DNA of 64,000 bases from Bugula neritina. Its lineage: Eukaryota; Animalia; Bryozoa. Positions 27,118 to 40,600 of this stretch are shown here, piece by piece; within the stretch, counting starts at the first letter, position 1; each line of letters begins with the position of its first letter. A model generated the notes under the pieces. That model saw only the letters and a program-made list of their open reading frames with translations, had not been told where the DNA came from and ran no database searches. The stretch is from assembly GCA_964035545.1 (NCBI GenBank), contig OZ037766.1:5632722-5696721 (forward strand), written 5' to 3'. The position numbers and the translations under genes were made by a program.

Positions 27118-28100
27118 GTAGAATGTCGATGACACACCCTGAGTATGTTACAATACTTGTGGTTCTTCTTTGTACTTCATGTGTGTCTGTCATGAAGAGA
27201 AACCAGAAGTCCAGCTTCTTCTACTCTGAGACATCCAACTCAAAGCACTGCCCCTCAGTGTAGACACTGCATGCTATTCTCTACAACTCATCACTTCAAC
27301 TAATTAATACCACCACTACTCCTCAAAAAGAGTATTCATCAGGAACCAGTCCGTATATTCTACACTAGCTTACAGTAGTTCTTGAACCCCCCCTTCCCGC
27401 CCCCTCATCTCATGTAAGAACATTGCTATAATGTACCTCCTTCTGAATGTCAATATTCAGCTTTCAATGGAGATATTTTCATCACCATATGCTCCTGCTA
27501 CAGCTCATCTCCCCCCCCCCCTTGTATCTTTTGCTACAGTACTGTCTACTACACTGCAGCACCCTATGCTATTTTGAATCCATTTTTCACTAAGCTATAT
27601 CACTTTTCACACTGCTGCCACATCTTCTCTTTAATAAACACTGCGTGCTGACTCCAATACCTTTCAGTGGCGTCACTCTCACAACATGCTGTATATCCAC
27701 ATCTCACATCGTACCTTAAACTCTTCAATGTACGCAGTATTTCTTTAGATGTGGGCATAATTCAGAAGTCAACTTAAGAAAGATCAACACTTTGCTTTAA
27801 AAGTGGAGCTTTCTTCTCTCACATCAACAAACTTTCATTAATAGAGAGAAGTTACAAGATGTGGAACAAAGCTGTGTTATAGCCAGTAGAAGAGTGACAT
27901 TGTCACTTTAGGCACTGCTTTATTTTATATTAAGTATTCTTCTACGAGTTATGTTGATGTTTTAAATATTGATTATGTTATATAGTTCTTGATTAATAGA
28001 TATAACATATGCACTTATTTTCACTGAACTGTCAATTTCAAAATATTATATGCCAAGTTGAAAATGACTAAAACTACATAATATACAATGTTAGCTGGTA
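25955..28100 (+). repeat. Right arm of the inverted segmental duplication
   Basis: Partner of 5100-7236; the outer boundary is approximate. Confidence 0.93.
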
Positions 28101-28680
28101 ATGTTTTTCTGTAGTTGTATATACAAATATCCAGAACAGTAGACTGTATAACAATATTTATTGAATATTCGTGACAATATATAAGCTATAAAACAAATAT
28201 AAGTTTAAAATGCAATAGATTACAATAAAACTAAGAGAGACGGCTGCTGTGAGAGATCATAGGTGTGTAAAGTGCACCAAAAAGTATGAACAGAAAAAGT
28301 GTAGAAATAATTATACAGATGTTGCACATGGAGTTTTGATAAGTGGTAAAGAATGCCAATTAATAAGTAGATAGAAAAGCCAGTGCAACAAAAAATAAAG
28401 CATTTGAAAAACTATAAAAGGACGTTAGTTTAAAGGTAACCATTAAAACGCAAATACAAAAATGTATAAAATATTTAGAAATACTCATCGAAAATATGCA
28501 AGTACCAGTAATAGACTAAACATAATATAATTGCACACTTGTAATTGGCTGCAAAAATGTGAAAATTTTTTGAAATGGTATAAAATATAAGATAAAACCA
28601 GCTATATTTGAATGAACAGATTATCTAAAAGCTCTTGTTAATATAATAGTACTAAATAAGAAAAGTCAGCAGATCCAAAA

Positions 28681-31600
28681 CTAAGGATTACAGCTGCCAG
28701 AAGACACCGGATCTGTGGCAGCATTTTTATACTTGTCTATCAAAGTCAGCAGGCGGCTCTCTGAGGCATCAATCTGAGTCTCTAGACTGTGAAGTCGCCT
28801 TTGATTGTCTCTGTACTCTTTCACAAGTTCTACAGAATAACATAATCTATAGAATTATAGATAACACAATCTATAGAATTATAGATACCAATACAAGCTC
28901 TGTAGAACTATAGATACCAATACAATCTATCAAATAATAAATATTAATACAAACAATATAAAATAATAGATATTAATATAAGCTCTATAGATTTATAGAT
29001 AATGCAAACTCTATTGCACTACAGAATAACACACACTCTATAGATTTATAGATCTACTAATACAAGCTCTATACAGATAATATAGAGTTGTACATACTTA
29101 TTACAATACACTGACATTGCACCACACGACTATAGAACTGAGTCTATAATTTATAAATGAAAACTCAGAAGGTTAAATACACATTGAATGATACAAAGAT
29201 GACAATTATAGTAAACTTGAGATTATATGGAACATGACATGGGCAGGACTGTATCTAGATAGCTAATGTCACATACCACTCAGAGAAAGGATAAGTTGCT
29301 GGGCATGCAATTCTAAATGCCAACCATAAGCTAATGATATACCCACCAATGAACTGTGTGTAATGATGTACCCACCAATGAGCTGTGTGTAACGATGTAC
29401 CCACCAATAAGCTGTGTGTAATGATGTACCCACCAATGAGCTGAGTGTAATGATGTACCCACCAATGAGCTGAGTGTAATGATATACCCACCAATAAGCT
29501 GAGTGTAATGATGTACCCACCAATGAGCTGAGTGTAATGATGTACCCACCAATGAGCTGAGTGTAATGATCAGACACTGTTTGATGATCAGACTGATGTT
29601 TGGTTGCAAACTGAGTTACTGTTAGTTGCGTTCTCTGAACCACCCCAACTTGCAGCTGAAGCCTTAGAAACAGTTGAGTTTGTAGGGAACTCATACTTGA
29701 TACAGTCTATAATGTAAAAGATGGTCACATGATATGTGTTGTAAATTCACCAGATATGTACAGCAAAATGCCAAGAAAGAGCTAGATTGTCGTTTCACTA
29801 TTTCGCAACATAAACTGTCTAAAACTTACAAAGCTATTACATATACTGATAGATAGATAGCATAGGAATTGCATAAATAAGCAAGACAAAGATACATTAA
29901 ATAAACAATAAGAAAAAGTTTACCTGTTCCGCATTTACGGCCATAATTTCCAGCTCATCAGTAGTGATATTCAGAAATGAGATCTCATTGGCTATTTCAA
30001 TATCACATGTTACAATTTGATTGGTCAAATACTTAAACAGCGTTAAATGATCAGCTATCTTAGTTTGTATCTGTGACTTTTCCACTAAAGAAGTGTTCAC
30101 CTACAGAAATAATTGGAGACTTTGTTATGGTTTACTAAACCATTTAAGCTAACATTTATAACATACAACACACTAATGGTGACTTACTATACAACACAAT
30201 TCACTATTTAGATGAACAAATGTACATAAAAACTCCTTTACAGTAATATAAAGTATATAACATAAAGTATATAACATAAAGTATACAACATCAAGTATAT
30301 AACATAAAGTATATAACATAAAGTATGCAACATCAAGTATATTATAACATCAAGTATATAACATCAAGTATATAACATCAAGTATACAACATCAAGTATA
30401 TAACATCAAGTATACAACATCAAGTATACAACATCAAGTATATAACATCAAGTATATAACATCAAGTATATAACATCAAGTATATAACATCAAGTATCTA
30501 ACATCAAGTATATAACATCAAGTATATAACATCAAGTATATAACATCAAGTATATAACATCAAGTATATAACATAAAGTATATAACATCAAGTATATAAC
30601 ATAAAGTATATAACATAAAGTATATAACATCAAGTATATAACATCAAGGATATAACATCAAGTATATAACATAAAGTATATAACATAAAGTATACAACAT
30701 CAAGTATATAACATCAAGTATATAACTGACCTTAACCAATGAGGTATTGATGCTATTCTGTAGAGAAATAAAGTTCTGATCTGCAACAGTTGTACTCTGG
30801 TTGGTAAAGCTCTGCGCTGCAGATAGATCTCTTTCTGCAGATTCTACTTGCTCTATAGCCCTAGAAACCTCTGCTCTGTAACACAGATAAAACACCCGAA
30901 TAAAATACAGCAAAGTCTAAATGAAAAAGATTTGACAACTCCAGTAATCCTACTATCACACACGCAGCACATAAGAAAGACTCTGCGAGTAGAATATTCT
31001 GACATTACTATCATGTTATGCTCAGCTCACCCATAAAGGTATGGAAGATACAAGTAACTTATCAACACTTGCTAAACAATTTACAAGTTGACATGACTCA
31101 TGTGGTGTAACTCACTCAGCTTCAAGAGTATCACTAGTAATCTGGTCAGCTTCTTCATATAGACTAGCAACTTCACCTTCATAGGTGTCCACTTCTTGAC
31201 TGCCAACTTTATTCTCTATTATAGAAGCTATTAACTCCTCTGTAACAATAAGTATACATCTATTACACACATTACTACACAGATATCTAAATCTATAGTT
31301 TTAAAAGAAAACGAGAGGGGAAGAGAAGGGTGCATAGAATAATAGGCCCAAGAAGTAACTAAATCAATAGAGCTAGATCCTAGTCAATAGCTACTCAGCA
31401 CGAATCATTCTATAAGCAGCTCTGAGTTGGGGGTGACCGAGTGTGATAGTTCAAAGTTCCAAGTTTCAACTTAAACCTCCAAATCAAAAGTCAAGAATCC
31501 CAAACTACTGCACTCAGCCACCTCCAACTAGGAGCTGCTTATAGAATGATTCACCCAGCACGGACACAGTGCATTGATACTGTACTCTTCCCTACACTAC

Positions 31601-34600
31601 ATACTGTGTGCATAGGCAAAGCAGAAGTGCAATAAGAGACCTCTTTTAAAATGAATGCCCATTAACATACCTATCTCCTGTAGAGTAGGTGCATCTGCAG
31701 GTGTACTAATATTGGCGCTAAGCCCTTCAATACTGTTTAGATTGGCACTGATGTCTTGAGTGTTAATTTGAGTATGGTTCAGTTCTTCCCACTGTTTGAC
31801 AAGCAGTCTCCGCAAGAGGTTAATCCGGCTCTACAAACAGTTTATTGAGGATGTACACCGTTTGGTTACCATGACTACTCGACAGCAACAGCGACTGTAT
31901 AAAATACACAAAGCGGAAAATTTTCACAAAATCACTTAATGTAAATATTCCAGAAATGATGAATAGAAACATTGGTTGGATTTTAAAGAAATCAACAATA
32001 AAGAAAAAAATCAGTAACTATTTAATATTATTGTTACAAATTAACATTCGCCTACAGAGGGTAGGGTAACCAAGCCACCATAGAGTAATAAAGGGCACTA
32101 TACACATAGGGGCACCGTAATTGGTAGAATATTTATTAGGTACTCCTATTTTATAAAAACAAAAGTAAAGTTGCAACTTATTTGCATTGATACTTTGCTG
32201 AGCAAAGGTTGAATAATAATGTTAGAAAATGCTACAAATTATAACTGCGGCTGTTTTCTGATATTGATGGAATTATCTTTTAAGAATTCTTGAATGTCAA
32301 GACATTGTATTCAATAATGTATTGCCCTAAAATTACTGTTCAAATGCTAATTAATAAATTTTTGAACCCTTCTGAAAGCTTTTCAAAATATCTAAAACAG
32401 GTCAATTGAAATGATACTTTCAAAAGAATGGACATTGTTTATAGGGTTTAAAGTAAACATTTTTCACATTATGTTTTACCATCAATGCTTTGCAAAATAT
32501 AAGAATTTGCTCAACTGTTTTCCATAAATAGCTTCTCATTTGACAATAAATGAAAATATTAGTTTAATGTCTTAGGTGTAACATTTATTATAATGGTTGC
32601 ATGTAATAATCTGAGAACATATATAGGAACTATATAGTAGGAGAAACACAATTTTACTACAACCTATTTAATTACACATGGATATTCATATAACTTAAAC
32701 TACAAATTACTAATTACCATTTGAGTATTGACAGCAACCAACAGCTGCCGCATACGCTGCCGTGTATATGACGCTGACGAAGACAGTGAGCTCACACTAG
32801 TTCTCTTAGTTACTGCCTTCTCGTACTGATCCTGGGTGCTGTTCTTCAGAAGGTCAAGGTCATGCCGGAGCAATGTAACCAAATCAGATATCTGATGGAG
32901 GTCTTCTGTGTCTTTCACTATAAATTTATCAAGTAGTCTGGAGTTACAATTTCTTTTTAACAATATCAACAAAACAGTGCTAAACAATAACATTGTTACT
33001 TATTATAACAGCAAATTACTCAGTACTTCACAAGTTAAATTTATTTAAAAACTATAATTTAAATAGCAAAATAGACAAATACAGAATCTGACAAACACAC
33101 CGAGTGTTAGGTTGATAAGCTGCAGAGTGTTGTTATCTATAAACAGTTGAGCTGACAAGTTCTCCATTCTGGCCACTAGGTTTGACATGAAATAAATTTC
33201 TCTGTTGGTCAGCGCATTGGCAGCAGAGTTGATTGTCTCCATAACTGTATAATAGAATAATATTTGTTTCAATGATCAAGCTCAAAAGTAAAAATTTTTA
33301 TTATAAAAAGGTGATTATTTTAGTTTTTGTAACAGAACCGTATTTAAATAAGTACATGTGCTAAGGACTTACAAGATTTTGAAATTAAATTTGTTAGCAG
33401 TAAAAAGCATTTGTAAAGATATCTTAAATATTGGCAGTATTGCTTTTATTATTTATTTAGAGAATAAAAATACTAACAAAATAACAATCGGGCTTCAAGT
33501 TTTTAAAGAAAATTTGCTCTAATGCATGCACAAATTTTTACTGAAAGAACATGATTAGTCTTTCAACAAAGTTTTTAAGTTTCCTGTAATAAATTTCATA
33601 AAAGTAACAATTGTACACCTAAAAATAAAGATCATATCAAATTTCATGCTATATATTAGAACCATTTTGTATGAAATCAAGGTATTACAGGGTGAACTGT
33701 AGACCCTACCTCCTTCTAAAGCGACTTGAATAGCAGCATGAGTATTCTGAGCAGTGGTTAGGTTAGCAATAGTACTGTTCCACCTCATTTCCTGTTTGAA
33801 CAGCTGTGAAGACACCTGTTGATTGGCCACTGTAGCATCCTGTATCTTGGAAGGCAGTCTATTTAATGAGCCATTAATCAAGCTCTAAAATATTCAATGT
33901 AAACACCTTTTTGTATATATTCATGAATGTTATAAGATATATTGAGGTTTGCCAACATTTCTGTTTTCTCACCAACCACCAATTTTGTTTGACGTACCAT
34001 TTTTGAGAAATTTGACACCAGGATAAAGTAAGCTTCGTGCTGATTGGTCAACACATTGATAGACTGAGCAATTTCGTCCAATGAGTGTTGCAATAATAAA
34101 AACATAGTTTTGACATCCCTTGTTGTGTGAAGAGTGAGTATAGCCGACTGGTAGAGATCTTGAGACAACGTAATATTCCTCTGTACAACGTCCAGAATGT
34201 GTCGAACTTCCTCTACGGTATATCCATCTGAAAACACCAACAGCAAATTATTCAGCTTCTATTGATTTTCAGTATATAAGAACTACAGGGCATAATAAAT
34301 TATTGTAGGTTCCAAAACCATGCAATATAGCAAACAGCTGTAGAATAACTTGTTATAAATAATGTAAGCTCAACATAGAAGTCTACCTCTACAGCAAAGG
34401 TGCAATTTATAGAGCAATAAAACTTTGAATAAAATTAAATGACTTCATATTATATTCTAAGAACAACGTATGCTGCTGACATACCGTATGGTGCAGACAG
34501 ACTATTAATGTGTTCTATTGATTGTTGAAGTTGAGCTGACACTTGATGTAATACTTGCTGCCAACCTTCATAGCATTCCCCACAGAAAGAGCAGAGGGGA

Positions 34601-37600
34601 AAGTCACCTGCATTACATTATAACTGCAAATAGATTTTTCATTCTATGTTTGGAAACAATTGCATTGAATGAAACCACAACCATAAGTTTATGCAAACCG
34701 AAACCACAAATCTATCTATCCGAGCATCCATTCACATAATGTGAAGCAATGTAAACGTAGTGTTTGAGTTCAGTCAGGACATTGCAAAGTAATCGGCGCT
34801 ACACTGCATGAGATAAAAAATTATGCACATAAACTTTATACAGTATACCACACGCAGTACATACCGTAAGTATTATTAAGGCATTGATCACATGATCTAC
34901 CATGTATTGCAGTGTGTAAACATTGACACTGTCCTGACACAGTGTCACAGGTTGTATTAGGTTTACTCCCTTCTGAGCTGCACTCACACGCTAAAATATC
35001 AAGAACAAATATTAATCACTTACAGAAGACATTATTATTGTAAAACAATAAAAATAACAAAATATATTTATCAGAATAAGTTATTAGTTACAGCAACATT
35101 ATACATAACAAAATTCAGAATAATTTGTTGGTGTAGCGGACAAGTGAGTTATGACAAAGTCATACTCACGTTGACAGGAAACAACGTCATTGCCATAATA
35201 TCCGTCTGCACAGACTGAGCAATCTAAGCTGCCGACGTTATCTTTACACCTACACTGCCCGGTGGATTTGTCACACTTGTTACTTCCATCAACAGTGCCA
35301 TTTGTGTGGCAGTCACATGGTACACAGTATGAGCATTCATCACTGGTATTAGCTACCAGTCCCATCAGTGAACACGAAAACGGTGAGTTGTAGAAGCCAT
35401 CCATGCAATCAACACAACTACTAGAAATATTCAGTCCTTCCAGGCACCTGCAAGCACCTGTTGATGGATGACATGTTGAACTATATCCAGCCCCAGTACA
35501 GTTACATGCTGCAAAATACATATATATATTCAAAACAAAGTTTTATAAACAATGTAATTTTATAAGTATTGCTAGTGTAGTCTTACGAGGTTTGTGTTAA
35601 CAAGACTATCATACAGATCATATACAAAACAAGACCAATTTTATAATTTTGCTGGAATGCTTGAACTATTATATTAGTGAATGTAAGTCAATGATAGAGT
35701 GATATCGTCAGCTAATCAACCACTAAAACAAAATTTTACATTTGTTTTAGCTTTGATTTGTCCGAATTTTACAGATTTGCATAGAAAAAACTCTTAAACC
35801 CGTAAATGGAGTAGTTGAGCAGGAAAAAAAATCAAAGATATTAGTTAGTAAACGCAGGTCAAAACTGAGAGACTATATAGAGCACAAAAGAATTAGAGTT
35901 AGCATAAAAATAAGTCTGGCTCACTTTGGTAAAATTTTATTTCTTGTACAACTAATTTTGAAATTTTTCATTTTTCTACACTCACTTAACATACCGCTAA
36001 AACTACTAGACATTGTAGTTTTAGCGGTATGCAAAAATGCAAATGAACACATTTTACAGACAGTTGAAGTAGAAGAAATGTATCCCACTAACCTTGACAT
36101 CCTACAGAGATGTTTCCATAGTAACCATCTAAACAAGTGTCACAATGATCTCCACCAGTATTTCGTGCACAATCTATACAGATTCCAGTCAATGAATTAC
36201 ACACATCAGAGTTACCGCTGCAGTCACATGGTTGACATTTCCAATCTTCTTCCTACCACATAGAAGACATCAATATACTGTTATGTATGATCTGTACTGT
36301 AATGTAATAATAGTGTATATTCAATTTTAAGTGAATTTCAACAAATCTGGCCAGTCAAATATATAGATCTGAAGTAAAAACCTTAGAATAGAGTTTTTAA
36401 TTTCTAACGATTAAATTACAAAACTGTTAGCGATTGTTTTATTCAAATTTACAACTTAAAGAGTCCTTAATTTTAGAAGTTCAGCTTCACAACGTAGCTA
36501 GTTCAAAATCTTGCATAAAACGGGGCATCAATCATCCCGTGATCACATAATTATATTTTACACACACCAACACAGACAGGATATTCACCAGTGTATACCT
36601 CTACACCACAGCACTACGTCATAGAATCCTCAGAAGTTGCATATAAAATATAATCTAGAAAACAGCAACTAGGACACATACGTTATGTGAGCGAGGGTTG
36701 CCATAGTAACCATCTAAACATTGCTCACACTGCCTTCCAGTCTGACCAGCGTCACAAACCAAACAAGTGAAGAGTCCATCTGAGTCCAACACACAACTAG
36801 TGTTAGTTGAACTGTGGCATTCACATTTCTTACAACTTACTGCAAATAAAAATGAGGAAGTGGATTTTAATACAAAAAAGTTACAAGAAACGTGTAAACC
36901 ATGTTCTGCAAAACCCAGTGATATAAAGAATAGAAATAGTTAATGACCGTCATCTTAGTTATCAATACCGGGTTTTCTTTACATGAAGTTAAATTCTTAA
37001 TATATACGCACAAGATTTTTGACAGGGGGTGACAACTCAGCGATATCAAGCTACTAATAATAAACAGTAAACACTTACTACCAGATGCAGGTGCTCCGTA
37101 GTAGCTGTTTATACATGAGTCGCACTGAGCACCTGTTGTGATGTCATCGCATTGACACTCTCCAGTCAGTGGATCACATGGCTGTCCATTGCAGTCACAT
37201 GGTACACATGGATCCAGAGGTGACTCAGACCCTATAGGTATTCTGTAGTATCCCCCAGAACACACCTCACACTGATCACCCTGTCACAACAATTACACAC
37301 AGACTGTCTAATATTTCAAAGACCACATCATAGCACATTTTTGTTAATTTGCTTGTATTTTTACATAATACTAGAACAATATTAGATACGTAATATTCTC
37401 ATGTCAGTGTATGAACAACTCTACCTCATAACCTTCTGGACACTGGCATACTTCTACATTACTCAGTTCAACGCCTCCAACCTCCGGATCTCTTGTGCCG
37501 GTTTCCATGGTAACAGCATGGAGTCTACCAACTGAGCCTAGAACCTGTATGAGAAAAACACAAATAATCTAGAATTCTTAATCACCGAATTGAAAAGGAA

Positions 37601-40600
37601 CATAATTTAATTATTATCAAGGTTGCAGATAAATAATATAATTTCAACCATCAAAATGACGGATAATAAATTGTAGTATGTGAAAGAAAAGGGAGAAGAG
37701 ATAGAATGGACACAAACCTGATTAAAACTGGCTGGTAAAAGAATTTCAGTAACATTATAAAGCAGCAACAGAATCTCTGGGAGAGTGGCTGATTTCAAAG
37801 TGTCGTTTCTTACAAAGCTCTCTTCTGAAATTCTCAGGCTATACTCCACAGGCCCATTTTGAGGCAATTCTATTGAATAAGACCTAGCAGTAAATGAACA
37901 CCAAATTTATAAACAGTCTTCTCTCAATGAAGACTAGAGCCATCAAGAGTCTTCTGCTACCAGAACTTCTTTTGTATCTTCAGAATGCTTGAGACCAACA
38001 ATTACAACACAATAGAAAGGGTTCTGCACATGTAGAACTATACTGGAAGAATGTAGAATGCAAAAGGGGGAACAATATCACACAATTTTGTGAAGTATGG
38101 TAATGACATAGCAGCTTGGAGTGAGGTCAGGTTTTCAGAACCTGGTGATATACTGGAGTGAAAAGGAGACAAGTACATGCCCGGATTCTGGTGAGCCTTA
38201 GCTCTTTCTAAATTAAAAGAACCTAAGGCTTTGAATGACAGGATAGTAAGCATGAGAGTTCCACTGCTCTCTAACAGATGGTCTAGTGCGATTTCTACGT
38301 ATGATAGTCAAGAAAACTTGTTCTACCACCAACTAAGGTCAGTTCATGCTTTTAATAAAATCATATTAATCGTTGACTTCAATGCCAAAGAAAGCCAAAC
38401 CTATTTGACCAACTTATTGGCTTAAGATTTAAAAAGTAATTAAGCCATTGGCAATCAGTAATAAAAACAATAAAAGACCAAAACCAGAGACAAAGTAACA
38501 AATTCAAACAGCTTACCATAACTCATAGTTGAGTTGATGTCCTTTCAATACAACGTATCTTTCTATGTAGTCAAATACAGCCTGCTGGGCTGATGTGTAT
38601 GATATGGTAAATCTAAGGAGCTGGTAGTACCAGGCTCTCTGATCACCCAGATACTTGTCAGATGCCTTGAAGTATAAGTCAGTAGATGTGGACTCGACCA
38701 ACACAACAGTTACTTCCCTGCCAACAAAAAACAGCTAATAAACATGTAATGTACAGTGCAATAGAGCAAATTCCCTCATAACTGTGATACTTCAGCTATC
38801 AAAAGCAAGTAGTCATGCTGAAAACAGCCAGAAATTGATTTCTATATAAATTTCCTTTCACAATCAAATGAGCTGCATGTCATTTTTTTGTAAAAGCTTG
38901 AATGCAGAAGTAAATGTACAACTTACTGAATGTCATCGTCGCTATGATAGATTTCAGTGGAGGTGGTGTGCTCAACACCTTCACTGTCCACTGCAGACCA
39001 CCTAGGTTCAACCACACTCCCGTCTACGAGTGACCACTGGTCACTTATTACCAACTGATACCACCCAGACTGACTGCTGCATTTGAAGGAGTGCCCAGAG
39101 CAATGGCACATCTTACACTGCCTTTCCTCATGCCAGAGTTTGTGAAATCCTACACAGAGAGAACTGAATTAAAGATGCGTTTATACTTTTGCTGAAAAAA
39201 TAGCTGGTCTCAGTTAATTTCACTAATTCGAGGCCCCCTATTGTAGCATTACTAAAACTCATTGAAATAATTGATGCAGAAAATGATTTTCTAGTAACAA
39301 AATATGACTGTTTCATGCTTTTTGAAAAAGTAATGTATCCCTTAATCGATTGATATTAGTAACCCAATATAAAGCATAGAAATCAGCAATGCCCTATTAA
39401 TTTAATTAAGAAAATAAAATAAAATGTTACCAATGTAAAATGTCCCATTTAATTTTGAAAAAACTTAATCACAGAACTTGCAAACTTTTGATTGCTATTA
39501 ATTATTTATTTTACAGTACAAACAACTAGAGTTTACATGCATCATATATTATATAAATTGCCCAACGAGTTTTATTTGGGATAGTTTATAGGCTAAAAAA
39601 TTAATTATAATATTTACATCAATGTTAGAACATCATTGTACTAAAAAATATTTTCTACTTTTAGGACTATTCATATCTAGATAAATAATATGCTTTCTTC
39701 ACTTAATTTGCGCCAAAGGTTTTGCCTGAAACTATTAGCAGCAGAACTAGTAGCACTTACCACCCATGCAAGTGTCACATGACTTTCCTACAACCCATGT
39801 CTTGCAAGAACAAGTGCCTTCTAGTTGAGAACAGGTGCTATTGACGCTGCCTATTAAATTACAGTTGCAAGATGAACAGCCACTTTCAGACAGCTTAAAA
39901 TACCTACAATAAATTAATGAAATATGAAAATTATGAAGCACTTGGGATAGCTCAAGTTATTTATAAAGTAGAGATAGTCCCACACTCAGAAGTTATGATT
40001 ATAAACGTTTTAAAAAAACACTGGACCTCTCCAGTAGCCTACGATTTTTCAATTCTATGAGAAGCACTGGCAAACTGTACAAACTTTAAAATACAGTGTA
40101 GTAGTGACAGCTTTGAGTTAGATATGACTCACCCATCCTGACAGCTGGTGCAGGTTCTCCCAGTGACCCCATAAGCACATGGACACTGCCCATCTTCTAT
40201 ACCACACTCCATACTCCGAGAATATTCCGAGCATTTGCAAGGTTCACAGCCATTACCTAAATATTGTATGAGTAAAGGAAACATGCTAACTTGCTGGCAT
40301 GGAGATTTTTTATGTTGTTTTTTAAATTGTATGCTACATGCATATGTATATATGTATATACGCGTGTGTGCGCACAGCCATACCTGAATTAAGCCCATAA
40401 TGCTGCAGAAGACACGTGTCACACTTCTCACCAGTAACATTTTCATGACACTGACAAGCACCTGTCTCAGTGTTGCAGGACATACTAAGAGAACCATTGG
40501 GATGGCAAGAACAATCTGCAAGAATAATCAGCATAAAACACCCACGACTATAAAGGTAATCGACAACCAATCACAGCCTGGCTTACATCACCTCTGAAGT

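Noticed and set aside
29255-29694. His/Trp-rich repetitive ORFs
   Set aside because: Products of the 29-bp minisatellite; only about 29707-29610 is a laminin exon.
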